Source: an uncultured Deinococcaceae bacterium
GTDB taxonomy: Bacteria > Deinococcota > Deinococci > Deinococcales > Deinococcaceae
Assembly: GCA_964252075.1 (NCBI GenBank)
Contig: CAXULY010000020.1
Coordinates: forward strand, 26,776 to 90,775
Direction of reading: 5' to 3'
Length of the DNA: 64,000 nt
The stretch's first letter is position 1; the number at the start of each line of letters is the position of its first letter. Made by a program: the position numbers and the translations under genes. The notes beneath the pieces are model-generated. The model made no database searches and was not told the DNA's origin. It saw only the letters and a program-made list of their open reading frames with translations. Shown here piece after piece: positions 51,363 to 60,688 of the stretch.

Positions 51363-51512
51363 TCAATCGTCAAGCTGCAGGTTTGACGTGGCAGGTTCCC
51401 GGTACGCCAGGAGGACGGCCCACAGCACGCGGGCGGCGATGACCAGGCCAATGACGGTCCCGCCAATCCACCACACCAGCACGCCGACCAGCAGGGTGTG
51501 GGCAGTGGTCAT
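51363..51512 (-). CDS. Small single-TM protein (49 aa)
   Basis: MTTAHTLLVGVLVWWIGGTVIGLVIAARVLWAVLLAY..; below the ORF-track cutoff. Confidence 0.4.
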   Translation of the reverse strand: MTTAHTLLVGVLVWWIGGTVIGLVIAARVLWAVLLAYREPATSNLQLDD

Positions 51513-51763
51513 TCGAGCATTGGAGGCAACGGGCACTCAGTCACCAGGCACAGATGTGATCGGTTCAGCTCAGGTGGCGGGTTTGAGGATCTCGTACCGA
51601 CCTGGGCGAAGAGCGGCGGTGTCGCGGCATAAACCCGCGCGGCGAGCGCCGAGCGCCGCACGGGTTTAGCCGGGTTTCATCCGTGCCGTGCGGCCCGATC
51701 AGAGCGCGCGCGTGAGGGCCTCGGCTTCCTCCGCCAGCGCCAGCAGGGCCAGCATGCCGTGAC

Positions 51764-52157
51764 CTAGGCGCGCAGCGCTTCCCGCTCCGACCACGCCCGC
51801 CTCGTCCCCACAACCGCACTTCCACGGTGGTCGACGCAAGTCGCGGGAGCAGCCGTCGCATCACCGCGGCCGCCCGCAGCGCCGCCAGCGCCGTGTACGC
51901 AAAGCGCACCTCGGCGCGCCGCACGCCCGACCCGTCGCCTGTACCGCACCCCAGTGCGCTTCAAACCCCTGCCTGTTCAGGACCGCCACGTCCTGCGGAT
52001 CGGCAGAGAAGCCGCGCACATTCAGGAACTGCGTCATTGCGAGGTCGGTGTCCAGCGGCCCCACACCGAGCGCCTGCCCGTCCAGCAGAACGCTGCGCGC
52101 TCCGGCACCTCGTGCGCCTTCACCGGTGAAAACGGTGCGGCATCCTTCCCACTGCAT
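51764..52157 (-). pseudogene. Frameshifted hypothetical gene remnant
   Basis: Protein-like segments in successive frames (..TDLAMTQFLNVRGF.., ..VRRAEVRFAYTAL..). Confidence 0.35.
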
Positions 52158-52322
52158 GGCACATCATCGACCGCTGGCTGTCAGGTAAGCGAAATCGGTG
52201 GACCCTCAGGCGCCCTGAAGCGGCGCCCTAGCGCCGCTCAGCCCGCCGCTCACTGCGGGCAGGCGAGCGGCACAGGGGCCAGGGGCGCCTGAGGTGGTGG
52301 GTGAACGCCCCCGTTTACACCC

Positions 52323-53996
52323 TCAGGGCTCGGGGGTGTGGGTGATGTGCAGCCGGGTCTGACCGGTCACGCTCATGCTTGCGTCGCCCAGCGGCGCGCC
52401 GCTCACGTCCCGCACCGGGCCGGCATACGACTCGTTCAGGCTGACCTCGGCCTCGCCGTCCACCAGCGCCAGCGGAGGACTGACGACGGTGCCCCAGTCG
52501 CCCGCGTCACGGTGCAGTTGCCCGAACGTGCCCGACCAGCCGAACTGACCGTCCACGAAGTCCACCACCACCGAGCTGCCGTCCTTGCACGCCACACGGT
52601 ACTGTTCTGGCAGGTACAGGCCAGCGAACACCAGGTGCAGGGTGGGCGTGGGCTCGCCGCTGGTGGCGTCGGCGAGCAGGCCGTTGAGGTCCAGCTGGCT
52701 GGTGCGGCCCGACGCGGTGTTGGACAGCCACTGCCCATCCTGACCGTTCGCGGCGGTCACTGAACATTCGGGCGCGCCGGGCGGGCCGAAGTAGGCGGTG
52801 TATCCGTTGGCCTCGAACGCCTTCGAGCTCAGCGTCCCCAGGCCCTCCAGCTGCCCGCGCTCCACCGAGTAGCGCAGCTTCAGCTCGCCCGTCACGTGAT
52901 GCGCGCTGTTGAAGTCCGTGGGGTGATAGCCGTCGCGCTCACTGTAGTGGTGAATGTTCATGGAGGAATCCAGGGTGACCGTGAAGGTCGCGCAGTTGCC
53001 CACCCGCGCTTCAAAATCAGCGAGTTTGCCCTGGAAGTACGGCGCGAGGCGCGGGTTGCGCTTGACCCAGGCGATCCAGCCCAGCGCGGTGCTGAGCTTG
53101 CCGAGGTTGCCCGCGGTGCAGGCGGTGCTGGACCGCTTCACCGACGCCTCGATGCCCTGGGCGATGAGCGTCCAGCCTTCGAAAATGTCGTTCTGGTGTT
53201 CCGCTTCGCGACCGGGTTTGTTCCGCAGCCACGCGCGGTAAGCGTTGAAGTCCTTGATGCCCTCCTTGAGGAGGACGTCACTGGTGAGGCCGCGCTTGAG
53301 GGCGTGCCGGGTGTTGGCGAAGTCGGGGACGAGCGGGACTGGGTCGCGCGCGTAATCGTACTCGGCGCGGTCCGCCTGCGCGGTGGGCACCACCTGCGCG
53401 AGCTGCGCCTGGTCCGCCTCGGTCGCCACCGCCGCGCCAGGGTTGGAAAAGTGCGTGAGCTGCAAGGTCACGGTGGATCCGTCGGTGGCGCTGGGCTGCA
53501 GGTAGAACTCACGACCCAGCCCATGGGAATTGAAGCCCTTCAGGTGCGCGGCGTCGAAGGGGCGCGGACTCTGGATGCTGAGCTGGACGGGTTCCAGGAA
53601 CGTCAGCCCTTCGGGTTCGAGGTGCACCGCCCCCACGAATCCGCCGTGCAGGGGGAGGTCGGCGACGCTGGCGGGCGTCATGGTCAACCTCTGGTCGCTC
53701 AGCAGGGCGTTTTCGGGCACGGTCAGGATGTAGACCGTGCCGTCGGCGCCGGTGGCGGTGAGCTGCGCGCCCTGCGCCGTCGCGACGACGCTCGCCGCGC
53801 GGGCCGCGTCGGGTTGAACCGTGACGTTCAGGGGGTGCGGGGCCCGCTGATCGGCCGGCGGGGCGGACGTCCCGGGGTCCGGGGGCAGGACGCCGCCCGA
53901 CCCGGGCGAGGACGTACCGCAGCCACTGAGGGTGAGCGCGGCGGTCAGGGTCAGGGTCAGGGTCAGCAGTGGAAGGGACGGGATGGATCGATTCAT
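52323..53996 (-). CDS. Lipoprotein with ZU5-like domain (HFS motif)
   Basis: Lipobox LSGC; LTVPENAL..LEPEGLTFLEPVQLSI..LTHFS; AAGGAG RBS. Confidence 0.8.
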   Translation of the reverse strand: MNRSIPSLPLLTLTLTLTAALTLSGCGTSSPGSGGVLPPDPGTSAPPADQRAPHPLNVTVQPDAARAASVVATAQGAQLTATGADGTVYILTVPENALLSDQRLTMTPASVADLPLHGGFVGAVHLEPEGLTFLEPVQLSIQSPRPFDAAHLKGFNSHGLGREFYLQPSATDGSTVTLQLTHFSNPGAAVATEADQAQLAQVVPTAQADRAEYDYARDPVPLVPDFANTRHALKRGLTSDVLLKEGIKDFNAYRAWLRNKPGREAEHQNDIFEGWTLIAQGIEASVKRSSTACTAGNLGKLSTALGWIAWVKRNPRLAPYFQGKLADFEARVGNCATFTVTLDSSMNIHHYSERDGYHPTDFNSAHHVTGELKLRYSVERGQLEGLGTLSSKAFEANGYTAYFGPPGAPECSVTAANGQDGQWLSNTASGRTSQLDLNGLLADATSGEPTPTLHLVFAGLYLPEQYRVACKDGSSVVVDFVDGQFGWSGTFGQLHRDAGDWGTVVSPPLALVDGEAEVSLNESYAGPVRDVSGAPLGDASMSVTGQTRLHITHTPEP

Positions 53997-54432
53997 GGCA
54001 GGCTCCTTTGGGGGGCAGGTCGAACGGGGTCGACCGCCCGGACCCGGTCAGCGTGGGTGCGGGTGGCCCCGATGGCGCACACCGTAGGTGAAGGGCGATG
54101 GCACCTGGATGACCGTGGGACTGGAGGGTCTGCACGGGATTCCACTCGCCTTCGTTCACCTCACCCATCGGAAGCGCGGCAGGAACGTGGCGGTCAGGGT
54201 CTGGTCGGCGCCCAGGGGCATGAGAAGCCGTCGGACGTTTGCGCGGCGCCCCTGGTTTTCGAGTGCGCGCTCCCACTCACGTGTCCAGTCGTGCTGGCCG
54301 GACCCCCCTCCACATGAGCAACGTCGCGCTTCGTTTTCGGGTGACGCGGACCACGGCGCACATTACGCTGTGGGGCTACGGCTGGGTGAGCACGCACGGG
54401 AACTTGGTCCAGCGTGGGTCCGTGCGGGTCGG

Positions 54433-54472
54433 CGCGGAGTGCGGGTCGCCGCGCGGCGACCCGCACTCCGCG
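54433..54472. repeat. Perfect 40-bp palindrome (no spacer)
   Basis: CGCGGAGTGCGGGTCGCCGC|GCGGCGACCCGCACTCCGCG. Confidence 0.9.
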
Positions 54473-54482
54473 TGGCCGGCAC

Positions 54483-54701
54483 GCGTTCGCGGACGCGCGT
54501 CCGCTCCAGATGGGCCACCGCGACACGAATGGGGCGTTCCCGCTGCCCTCGGCCCTGCTCGACCGCGTGGAGTTAAAGCCCGTCGGGTTGGCGCTGGGCT
54601 TTTCCGCAGACCCTGCCACCTGGGAAACCGGCGTGCGCTTCGAGCACGATCACCCAGTTCCGCTGCGCGCCCGCGACGCCCTTGAGGGCACCACCCTGTG
54701 A
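54483..54701 (+). pseudogene. Gene remnant homologous to 17040-17215
   Basis: See partner feature; upstream part begins ~54313 (MSNVALRFRV..) in another frame. Confidence 0.55.
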
Positions 54702-54719
54702 TGTGCGTGCACGGCCGTC

Positions 54720-54938
54720 GTGGTCGTCCACCCACGTGCTGGAGAAGTCCACGGTGGCGTCTTGCCCGTGCAGGAAGGGTGGCATGTGATGGAGGAACGG
54801 CCGTGATCTCGGCGGGGTCTTCTGTGGGGGGGCTTGCCCGTGTGGCTGGATTCCTGCAGATGGACCGTCACGCGGCAGGGGATGCTGGACAGCAGGGCCG
54901 CCGCAGAGAGCCGTGGGAAGATCCGGAAGGGGGCACAC
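54720..54938 (-). pseudogene. Frameshifted 5' copy of gene 5399-6052
   Basis: MPPFLHGQDATVDFSSTWVDDH vs MPPFLHVQDATVDFSSTWVDDH; clear nucleotide similarity. Confidence 0.85.
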
Positions 54939-55040
54939 CAGATGGAGAGCGAAGGCGGTCCTGCCTGTCCTCGGTGTGGTCGTGATTGGCCCGGGCCCGG
55001 CTGAAGCGCACCGCTCCGGCCGGCAGCATGGGCCCTACGG

Positions 55041-55496
55041 TCAGTGGGATTTCACCGCGTGGGCGTCGAGGACGCGCTGCACCTGCTGCAACACGCTGGT
55101 GGCCTGGGTCAGATCCGTGCCGCTGAGGGCGGTGCTCACGGCGTTGGCCCACTCGCGCTGGGCGAGCTGGATGTGGTGCAGGTCGTGTCGTCCCTGGGGC
55201 GTGAGGGTGAGGAGTCGGGCGCGGCGGTGGGTGGGGTTGTCCTGGTAGGTGGTGGCGCCGTCGTGGGTGAGGACGTCGGCGAGGCGCTGCACGCTCTGGC
55301 GGGCGAAGCCGAGGGTGCGGGCGATGGACGCGACGGTCGCGGGCGCGTCCTCGATGGCGGCGAGGACCTGCCAGCGGGCGCTGGTGTGGCCGTGTGGTCG
55401 GGTGAGGGTGTCGCCGGTGGCGGTGAGGAGGCTGGCGAGGCGCAGCACCTGGACGGCGAGGAGGCTGAAGGCGTCGGCGGGGTCGGTGCGTTTCAT
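55041..55496 (-). CDS. MarR-family regulator
   Basis: TSARWQVL, ARQSVQRLAD, NPTHRRARLLTLT. Confidence 0.9.
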   Translation of the reverse strand: MKRTDPADAFSLLAVQVLRLASLLTATGDTLTRPHGHTSARWQVLAAIEDAPATVASIARTLGFARQSVQRLADVLTHDGATTYQDNPTHRRARLLTLTPQGRHDLHHIQLAQREWANAVSTALSGTDLTQATSVLQQVQRVLDAHAVKSH

Positions 55497-55500
55497 TCTG

Positions 55501-55554
55501 TTGACAGCTTACTGTCAATCGAGTAGGCTGGCCACATTGACAGCATGCTGTCAA
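55501..55554. promoter_or_regulatory. Two MarR operators TTGACAG-N4-CTGTCAA
   Basis: Perfect-arm palindromes at 55501-18 and 55537-54 between divergent genes. Confidence 0.85.
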
Positions 55555-55599
55555 AATAAGACGGTACAGGCCACCCCTTCCCTTTCCCGAGGAGCACCC

Positions 55600-56784
55600 A
55601 TGGACCTCCAGCCGTTTCGCGTCCACATTTCCGAGCTCGCCCTCGACGACCTCCGCCAGCGGCTGCGGCACACCCGCTGGCCCGCGCCGTCCCCCACCCC
55701 CGGCTGGACCCGGGGCGTGCCCCTCGGGGACCTCCAACGCCTCACCACCCATTGGCACGACACCTTCGACTGGCGCGCCCAGGAACACGCCCTCAACCAC
55801 TTCCCCCAGTTCACCACCGTCATCCACGGCCAGACCATCCACTGCCTCCACGCGCCTTCGCCCGAACCCAGCGCCACGCCGCTGATCCTCACCCACGGCT
55901 GGCCGAGCGCCCCACTGGAATTCCACGACCTGATCCACCCCCTCACCCACCCGCGACAGCATGGCGCCCGCGCGGAAGACGCCTTCCACGTCATCGTGCC
56001 GTCCCTGCCCGGCTACGGCTTCTCCACGCCCGCCCCGACCGAAGGCGCGGGCAACCTGTACCAGGTGGCGCTCCTCTGGCTGGAACTCATGACCCGCCTG
56101 AATTACCAGCGCTTCGCGGCGTACGGCACCGATGTCGGCGCGGGCGTGACGGACCTGCTGGCCATGATCGCCCCGGAGCGGGTCACCGGCACCTACGTGA
56201 CCGGCACCGTCGCCGCCATGCCCTTCGGCCCGCCCCTCGACCCCACTGCCCTGCCCGAAGCGGAGCGCCCGCGCGCCGAGCGGTTCAACGCGTTCCAGGC
56301 GGACGGCCTGGGGTACCTGCACCAGCAGGCCACGCGACCACAGACGCTCGCGTACAGCCTGCACGACTCACCCACCGGACAACTCGCCTGGATGCTGGAG
56401 AAATTCCACGACTGGTCGGACCCCACCTCGCCCTTCCCCCGCCACGAGCGCGACCTCACCACCCTGCTCACCCTCGCGTCGGTGTACTGGTTCACCGGCT
56501 CCGGCGCGTCCACCGCGCACCGCCTGTACGATGGCATGCGCGCGTACCGCCAGATGACCCAGCACCCCACGACACCAGCGGCCTCCCCGGTGCCCCGGGC
56601 GGTGGGGGTGTTCGCAGCGGACACCACCGTCCGAAGCGTCTTCGACCCACACCGGCAGGTGCGGCACTGGGCGGAGTTCGACCGGGGCGGGCACTTCCCG
56701 GCCCTGGAAGTCCCGTACCTGCTGCTGCAGGACCTGCGCGCGTTCTTCAGCCGCGTGAACCGCCCGGAGCGCGCCGCGCACTGA
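55600..56784 (+). CDS. Epoxide hydrolase (EHN + alpha/beta hydrolase)
   Basis: DLRQRLRHTRWP, HGWP, PSLPGYGFS, GTDVG, GGHFPALE. Confidence 0.95.
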   Translation: MDLQPFRVHISELALDDLRQRLRHTRWPAPSPTPGWTRGVPLGDLQRLTTHWHDTFDWRAQEHALNHFPQFTTVIHGQTIHCLHAPSPEPSATPLILTHGWPSAPLEFHDLIHPLTHPRQHGARAEDAFHVIVPSLPGYGFSTPAPTEGAGNLYQVALLWLELMTRLNYQRFAAYGTDVGAGVTDLLAMIAPERVTGTYVTGTVAAMPFGPPLDPTALPEAERPRAERFNAFQADGLGYLHQQATRPQTLAYSLHDSPTGQLAWMLEKFHDWSDPTSPFPRHERDLTTLLTLASVYWFTGSGASTAHRLYDGMRAYRQMTQHPTTPAASPVPRAVGVFAADTTVRSVFDPHRQVRHWAEFDRGGHFPALEVPYLLLQDLRAFFSRVNRPERAAH

Positions 56785-56811
56785 TCACAGAACGACCCGT
56801 GGGACCGGGTA

Positions 56812-56845
56812 TGGTAAGGGGCAACCACCGTGATGGTCGCCCCTC
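56812..56845 (-). ncRNA. tRNA-minihelix-like hairpin ending in ACCA
   Basis: GAGGGGCGACCA-TCACGG-TGGTTGCCCCTT-ACCA; 12 bp including two G-U; 5 nt after the preceding tRNA-like unit. Confidence 0.45.
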
Positions 56846-56850
56846 GTCGT

Positions 56851-56928
56851 TGGCAGGTTGTGTAGGGTTCAAACCGGCGACCTCTGGGGTTTGGAAACCA
56901 GCGCTCTGCCGGGCAGCTCTCAAGGCCT
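56851..56928 (-). tRNA. Degenerate tRNA-Trp(CCA) pseudogene
   Basis: GAGC-G-CTGG-TTT-CCA-AACC-CCAG-AGGTC-GCCGG-TTTGAAC-CCTAC-ACAACCT-G-CCA; stems eroded. Confidence 0.7.
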
Positions 56929-56931
56929 GTC

Positions 56932-57005
56932 TGGCGGGGAGGCAGAGACTCGAACCCTGATCAGCAGCACCAAAGACTGCGGCCCTCCCGTTCAACGACC
57001 TCCCT
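56932..57005 (-). tRNA. tRNA-Gln(TTG)-like, near-intact cloverleaf
   Basis: Acceptor AGGGAGG/CCTCCCC, anticodon GCAGT-CTTTGGT-GCTGC, T-arm CAGGG-TTCGAGT-CTCTG, G-CCA; weak D-stem. Confidence 0.8.
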
Positions 57006-57010
57006 GCGGA

Positions 57011-57084
57011 TGGTTGGAAGCCTAGGGTTCGAATTCAGGTTGCCTGACTCAGGACCAGGTGTCTGCTGATTGGACGAACTTCCA
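57011..57084 (-). tRNA. Degenerate tRNA-Gln(CTG) pseudogene
   Basis: Acceptor TGGAAGT/GCTTCCA (U1-A72), anticodon CCTGG-TCCTGAG-TCAGG, T-loop TTCGAAC with mutated stem, A-CCA. Confidence 0.75.
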
Positions 57085-57088
57085 GCGG

Positions 57089-57142
57089 TGGCGGCGGGTG
57101 AATCCTTCAAATCTTCAAGGGTGTAACCTCTTCTTGCCTGCC
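57089..57142 (-). tRNA. Internally deleted tRNA-Ser-like remnant
   Basis: Acceptor GGCAGGC/ACCCGCC, G-CCA, eroded T-arm, variable-arm-like hairpin; no D or anticodon arm. Confidence 0.4.
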
Positions 57143-57364
57143 GTCTGTGCAACCAATGGACGTCGAGGCGTGGTCGGTGGACCAGATGACGTCGCGTGAT
57201 CGCGCCTCATCGAACCTCAGGGGCTCGCCACCATCCACACCTCTGCCCTCCCAACGCTCTAGATTTACGCTGATCGTTTCGAGAAGCGCCCGCTGGTGGG
57301 TGGCATCCGAGGCAGGAGCACGGGGATGGTGGTCTGTGTATAGGCGTGGAGTGGAGCCGGTGCA

Positions 57365-58339
57365 TCACCGTGGCGTGAGGTCGATGACGACCTTGCCGTG
57401 CACGTGACGGCTGGCCTGAAGTTCGACCGCGGCGCGGATCTCCTCGACCGGGAAGTGGGCCGCGATGGGCACCCGAAGCTGGCCCGCCGCGACCAGTCGG
57501 GCGATGGCTTCGAGGGTTCCGGGAGCGGCGTTGGCACCGTTCGCCGGGGTGATGCCGTCCAGCTGCGTGGCGATGGTGGTGATGCGTTCGTCCGGCACGC
57601 CGAGTGCCCGGGCCACCTGCGCTGTTTCCGAGCCGTGCAGATCGATCGCGGCGGTGATGCCAGCAGGCCACATGGCGCGGAGCCGGTCGATCAGTCCGTG
57701 GCCGTAGGGGACCGGCTCCGCCCCGAGGGCGCGCAGGGCTTCGGCGGACGTGGCCGATCCCGTGCCGATCACCCGCGCGCCCGCGAGGCGTGCGAGCTGG
57801 ACGGCGAACACCCCGACGCCGCCGCCCGCGCCGCCGATCAGCACGGTGTCGCCCGGGCTGGGGTGGACGACGGCGAGCGCGGCGGCCGCCGTGCAGCCCG
57901 CGATGGTCAGGGTGGCGGCGGTCCGGTCGTCCACCCCGTCGGGCGTCCGGTGCGCTTCACCACCGGCCGCGATGGTGCCGGTCGAGTCGATCACGACATG
58001 ATCGGCCACCGCGCGGGAGAGGACGCCGCCGAACACCCGGTCGCCCAGGGCGAAGCGCGTCACGCCGTCACCGGCCTGATCCACCACCCCGGCGTAGTCC
58101 GTGCCGAACCCGGACGGCAGGCTCAGGCCGAAGCGGGTGGCGGTGGCGGCGTCGCTGGTCATGTACCAGTCCATGGGGTTCAGGCCGGCCGCGGTGACGC
58201 GCACGCGGATCTGCCCCGGGCCTGCCTGGGGTGCGGGAAGCGCGCGGAGCTGCAGGACGTCCGGGCCGCCGAAGGCGTCGACGAACTGGACGGCCCTGCT
58301 GATCTCAAGCGGGCGGTTGTGGGGGTCTGGTATGGTCAT
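57365..58339 (-). CDS. NADP-dependent oxidoreductase (MDR/quinone reductase family)
   Basis: FGGPDVL, AAGLNPMD, GTDYAGVV, GAGGGVG, HVHGKVVI. Confidence 0.9.
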   Translation of the reverse strand: MTIPDPHNRPLEISRAVQFVDAFGGPDVLQLRALPAPQAGPGQIRVRVTAAGLNPMDWYMTSDAATATRFGLSLPSGFGTDYAGVVDQAGDGVTRFALGDRVFGGVLSRAVADHVVIDSTGTIAAGGEAHRTPDGVDDRTAATLTIAGCTAAAALAVVHPSPGDTVLIGGAGGGVGVFAVQLARLAGARVIGTGSATSAEALRALGAEPVPYGHGLIDRLRAMWPAGITAAIDLHGSETAQVARALGVPDERITTIATQLDGITPANGANAAPGTLEAIARLVAAGQLRVPIAAHFPVEEIRAAVELQASRHVHGKVVIDLTPR

Positions 58340-58428
58340 GTGGCTCCTGGGTCGAATGACGGAACAGGGGAAGTGGACTGCGCTCCGTTTTCGAGGGTCA
58401 GCCTAACACAATCGGAGCGTGATCCGTT

Positions 58429-59001
58429 TTGGAAAAGTCAGATTCCCGCGGGGAACGCGTGGACGCAACCCGCAACCGCAGGCAACTCCTCGAGGTGGCG
58501 ACCCGTGTCTTTGTGGCAGGCGGCCCCGCACCGTCGATGCGCGCGATCGCCCGCGAGGCTGGCGTCGGCATCGCCACGCTCTACCGGCACTTCCCCACCC
58601 GGGAGTCGCTCGTGGACGCGGTGTACCGCGATCAGGTCGAGCGGCTCACCGCCGGCGCGCGCGAGCTCCTCACCGAGCTTCCCCCGCCCGCGGCGCTGCG
58701 GCGCTGGATGGACCTGTTCGGGGAGTGGATCGCGACCAAGAACGGCATGCTCGACACGCTGGTCTCGATGGTCGAGTCCGGCGAGCTGCCCCACGCCCAG
58801 ACCCAGACGGACCTGCTCGCGGCCATCGACACGATCCTCGAGGCCGGGCGCGCCACCGGTGAGCTGCGCGCCGACGTCACCGCCGAGGACATCGCGGCCT
58901 CACTCATCGGCCTGTTCACGGTGGCCCCACCGCCCGCGCAGCACGCCCGGGCCAGCCGCCTGCTGAACCTGCTGATGGACGGCCTCAAACCTCCACCCTG
59001 A
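58429..59001 (+). CDS. TetR/AcrR-family regulator
   Basis: RVDATRNR, IAREAGVGIATLYRHFPTR; GGA-N6-TCCGTTT sites at 58374-90 and 58413-29. Confidence 0.9.
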   Translation: MEKSDSRGERVDATRNRRQLLEVATRVFVAGGPAPSMRAIAREAGVGIATLYRHFPTRESLVDAVYRDQVERLTAGARELLTELPPPAALRRWMDLFGEWIATKNGMLDTLVSMVESGELPHAQTQTDLLAAIDTILEAGRATGELRADVTAEDIAASLIGLFTVAPPPAQHARASRLLNLLMDGLKPPP

Positions 59002-59193
59002 ACCGCTTGGGGGCACCGACGTCAAGCACGGGGGCCAGCGCACGGGTCGCGCGACAGCGGCTCCACACGCGCGACCTGTGCAGCCAGGTCGGCCTGGCCA
59101 CTGCGGACCCTGCCGACTGCGCGTCCTTCCGGCAGGAGGTCGAGGTCGACGTTGCCAGGCATCACCCTCCACGACACCGGTCTGACCTGCGCC

Positions 59194-59580
59194 TCACGAG
59201 GGGGTGCCCGGTCCTGGCACCAGAGTGGTGGAGCGCTTCAGCGCGTGCGGCAGGTCCGACGGCCAGGGGGCAACGGGCCCCGCGCGTAGGACTGCCGGGC
59301 GGGCTTGCCAATCTGCGGCACCCGGACCTCCAGCACCAGCAGCGTGCTGTTGGCGAACCCGCCGTCGCTGAAACACTCCAGCCCGTTGGCACGGTTCAAG
59401 GGTCGGACCACGAGCATCTCCTGGATCGCACTGCACCTGCCCCGCCGGCTGCTTCAGGTCAGCGAGACCGCGCGCGTCCGCTTCCCGGTGAGCCGCGGCC
59501 TGTCGGTTCAGTGCGGCTTCGGTCCAGATGCGCCCAAGGCCGCGCGAGGCCCCAGTGATGAACCAGATTTTATCGGACAT
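59194..59580 (-). pseudogene. Degraded SDR oxidoreductase
   Basis: MSDKIWFITGASRGLGRIWTEAAL, then loss of homology; GGAGGA RBS. Confidence 0.75.
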
Positions 59581-59698
59581 GTGTTCCTCCTGCGCCGCTG
59601 TTCAACCTGCGCTTCTCCAGGTTCCCTAAGAAACGGAACGACGTGCCACTTAAATCCGGGACATAATTCCGTTTGTTAACCAGGAGGCGAGGGACCAA

Positions 59699-60277
59699 AT
59701 GGCTGACATCAACGAGCCGACGCCACCCGCGACGCCCAAGCGGGCGGACGCCCGGCGCAACAAACAGATGCTGCTTGACGCCGCCGCCCTCTTCATCACG
59801 TCCGGCGTCGAGGTGCCGGTGCGCGACATTGCCGCCAAGGCGGGGGTGGGGACCGGCACCATCGACCGGCACTTCCCGACCCGCGCCGACCTCATCATCG
59901 CCGTCTACCGTCATCAGGTGGAGCGCTGCGCGGAGGCGGGTTCCGCCCTGCTGTCCAGCAGCGCCAGCCCGTACGCCGCCCTGCAACAGTGGACGGGGCT
60001 GTTCGTCGATTTCCTCACCACCAAGCACGGGCTCGCCGCCGTGCTGCGCACGGACAACGACGAGTTCAAGGCGCTGCATGCCTATTTCCTCGGCCGCCTG
60101 GTCCCGGTGTGCGCGGCGCTGCTGACCGCTGCCGTGGAAGCCGGTGAAGTTCATGCAGAGATCGAAGCCCAGGAATTGATGCGCGGCGTGGGCGGCCTCT
60201 GCATCGGCGCCAATGACCCCGACCACGACGCCCGCCGCCTTGTGGACCTGCTTCTCGCTGGACTGCGGCACGGGTGA
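59699..60277 (+). CDS. TetR-family regulator, close paralog of 17320-17901
   Basis: Shares VPVRDIAAKAGVG..RHFPTRADLIIAVYR..KHGLAAVL; LY changed to ID in the recognition helix. Confidence 0.9.
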   Translation: MADINEPTPPATPKRADARRNKQMLLDAAALFITSGVEVPVRDIAAKAGVGTGTIDRHFPTRADLIIAVYRHQVERCAEAGSALLSSSASPYAALQQWTGLFVDFLTTKHGLAAVLRTDNDEFKALHAYFLGRLVPVCAALLTAAVEAGEVHAEIEAQELMRGVGGLCIGANDPDHDARRLVDLLLAGLRHG

Positions 60278-60688
60278 GCGGGCCAGGCTGAAATCGAGCC
60301 ATCCCAGGAGCGTCCGCCGCGTCCGGACACGGTGTTCGATCTGTTCACGCGGGTGAACGTCCCCCTCGATGAGGTGCAGAGCGCTGCGGGTCTGTCCCGA
60401 CGAGCGGCCCTTGCATGGCCTGGTGAATTTCGCGGACGGCTCCCGGTGCGTGTGCTGCTGGGGCGTGCTGCTCCCCTGCGTCGACGATAAGGCCACCCTG
60501 CAGCAGGGGGTGGCCCTTCAGGGGGCGCTCGGCGCTTGAGGACGACGTGGCGACCGTCGCGGTCATCCGGGCGGTGGCCGCCCCGTCCCACCCACAGTTC
60601 ACACATCATGATTTTACCGCTCCTGGCGCACTTTTACCGAGCACAAACGACACACCACCCGGCGCCCCTGGAAGGCCAACATACACCC

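Noticed and set aside
53940..53965. (GGTCAG)n hexamer repeat as a phase-variation tract
   Set aside because: In-frame LT repeats within a signal peptide; slippage would not shift the frame
56851..57142. Amber suppressor tRNA or genome-wide TAG recoding
   Set aside because: Anticodons read CCA, TTG and CTG, not CTA; intact genes (ending 36972 and 48766) use TAG as stop
57157..57193. Second CCA-ended hairpin next to the array
   Set aside because: Stem relies on a 6-bp palindrome with a large internal loop; too weak to call
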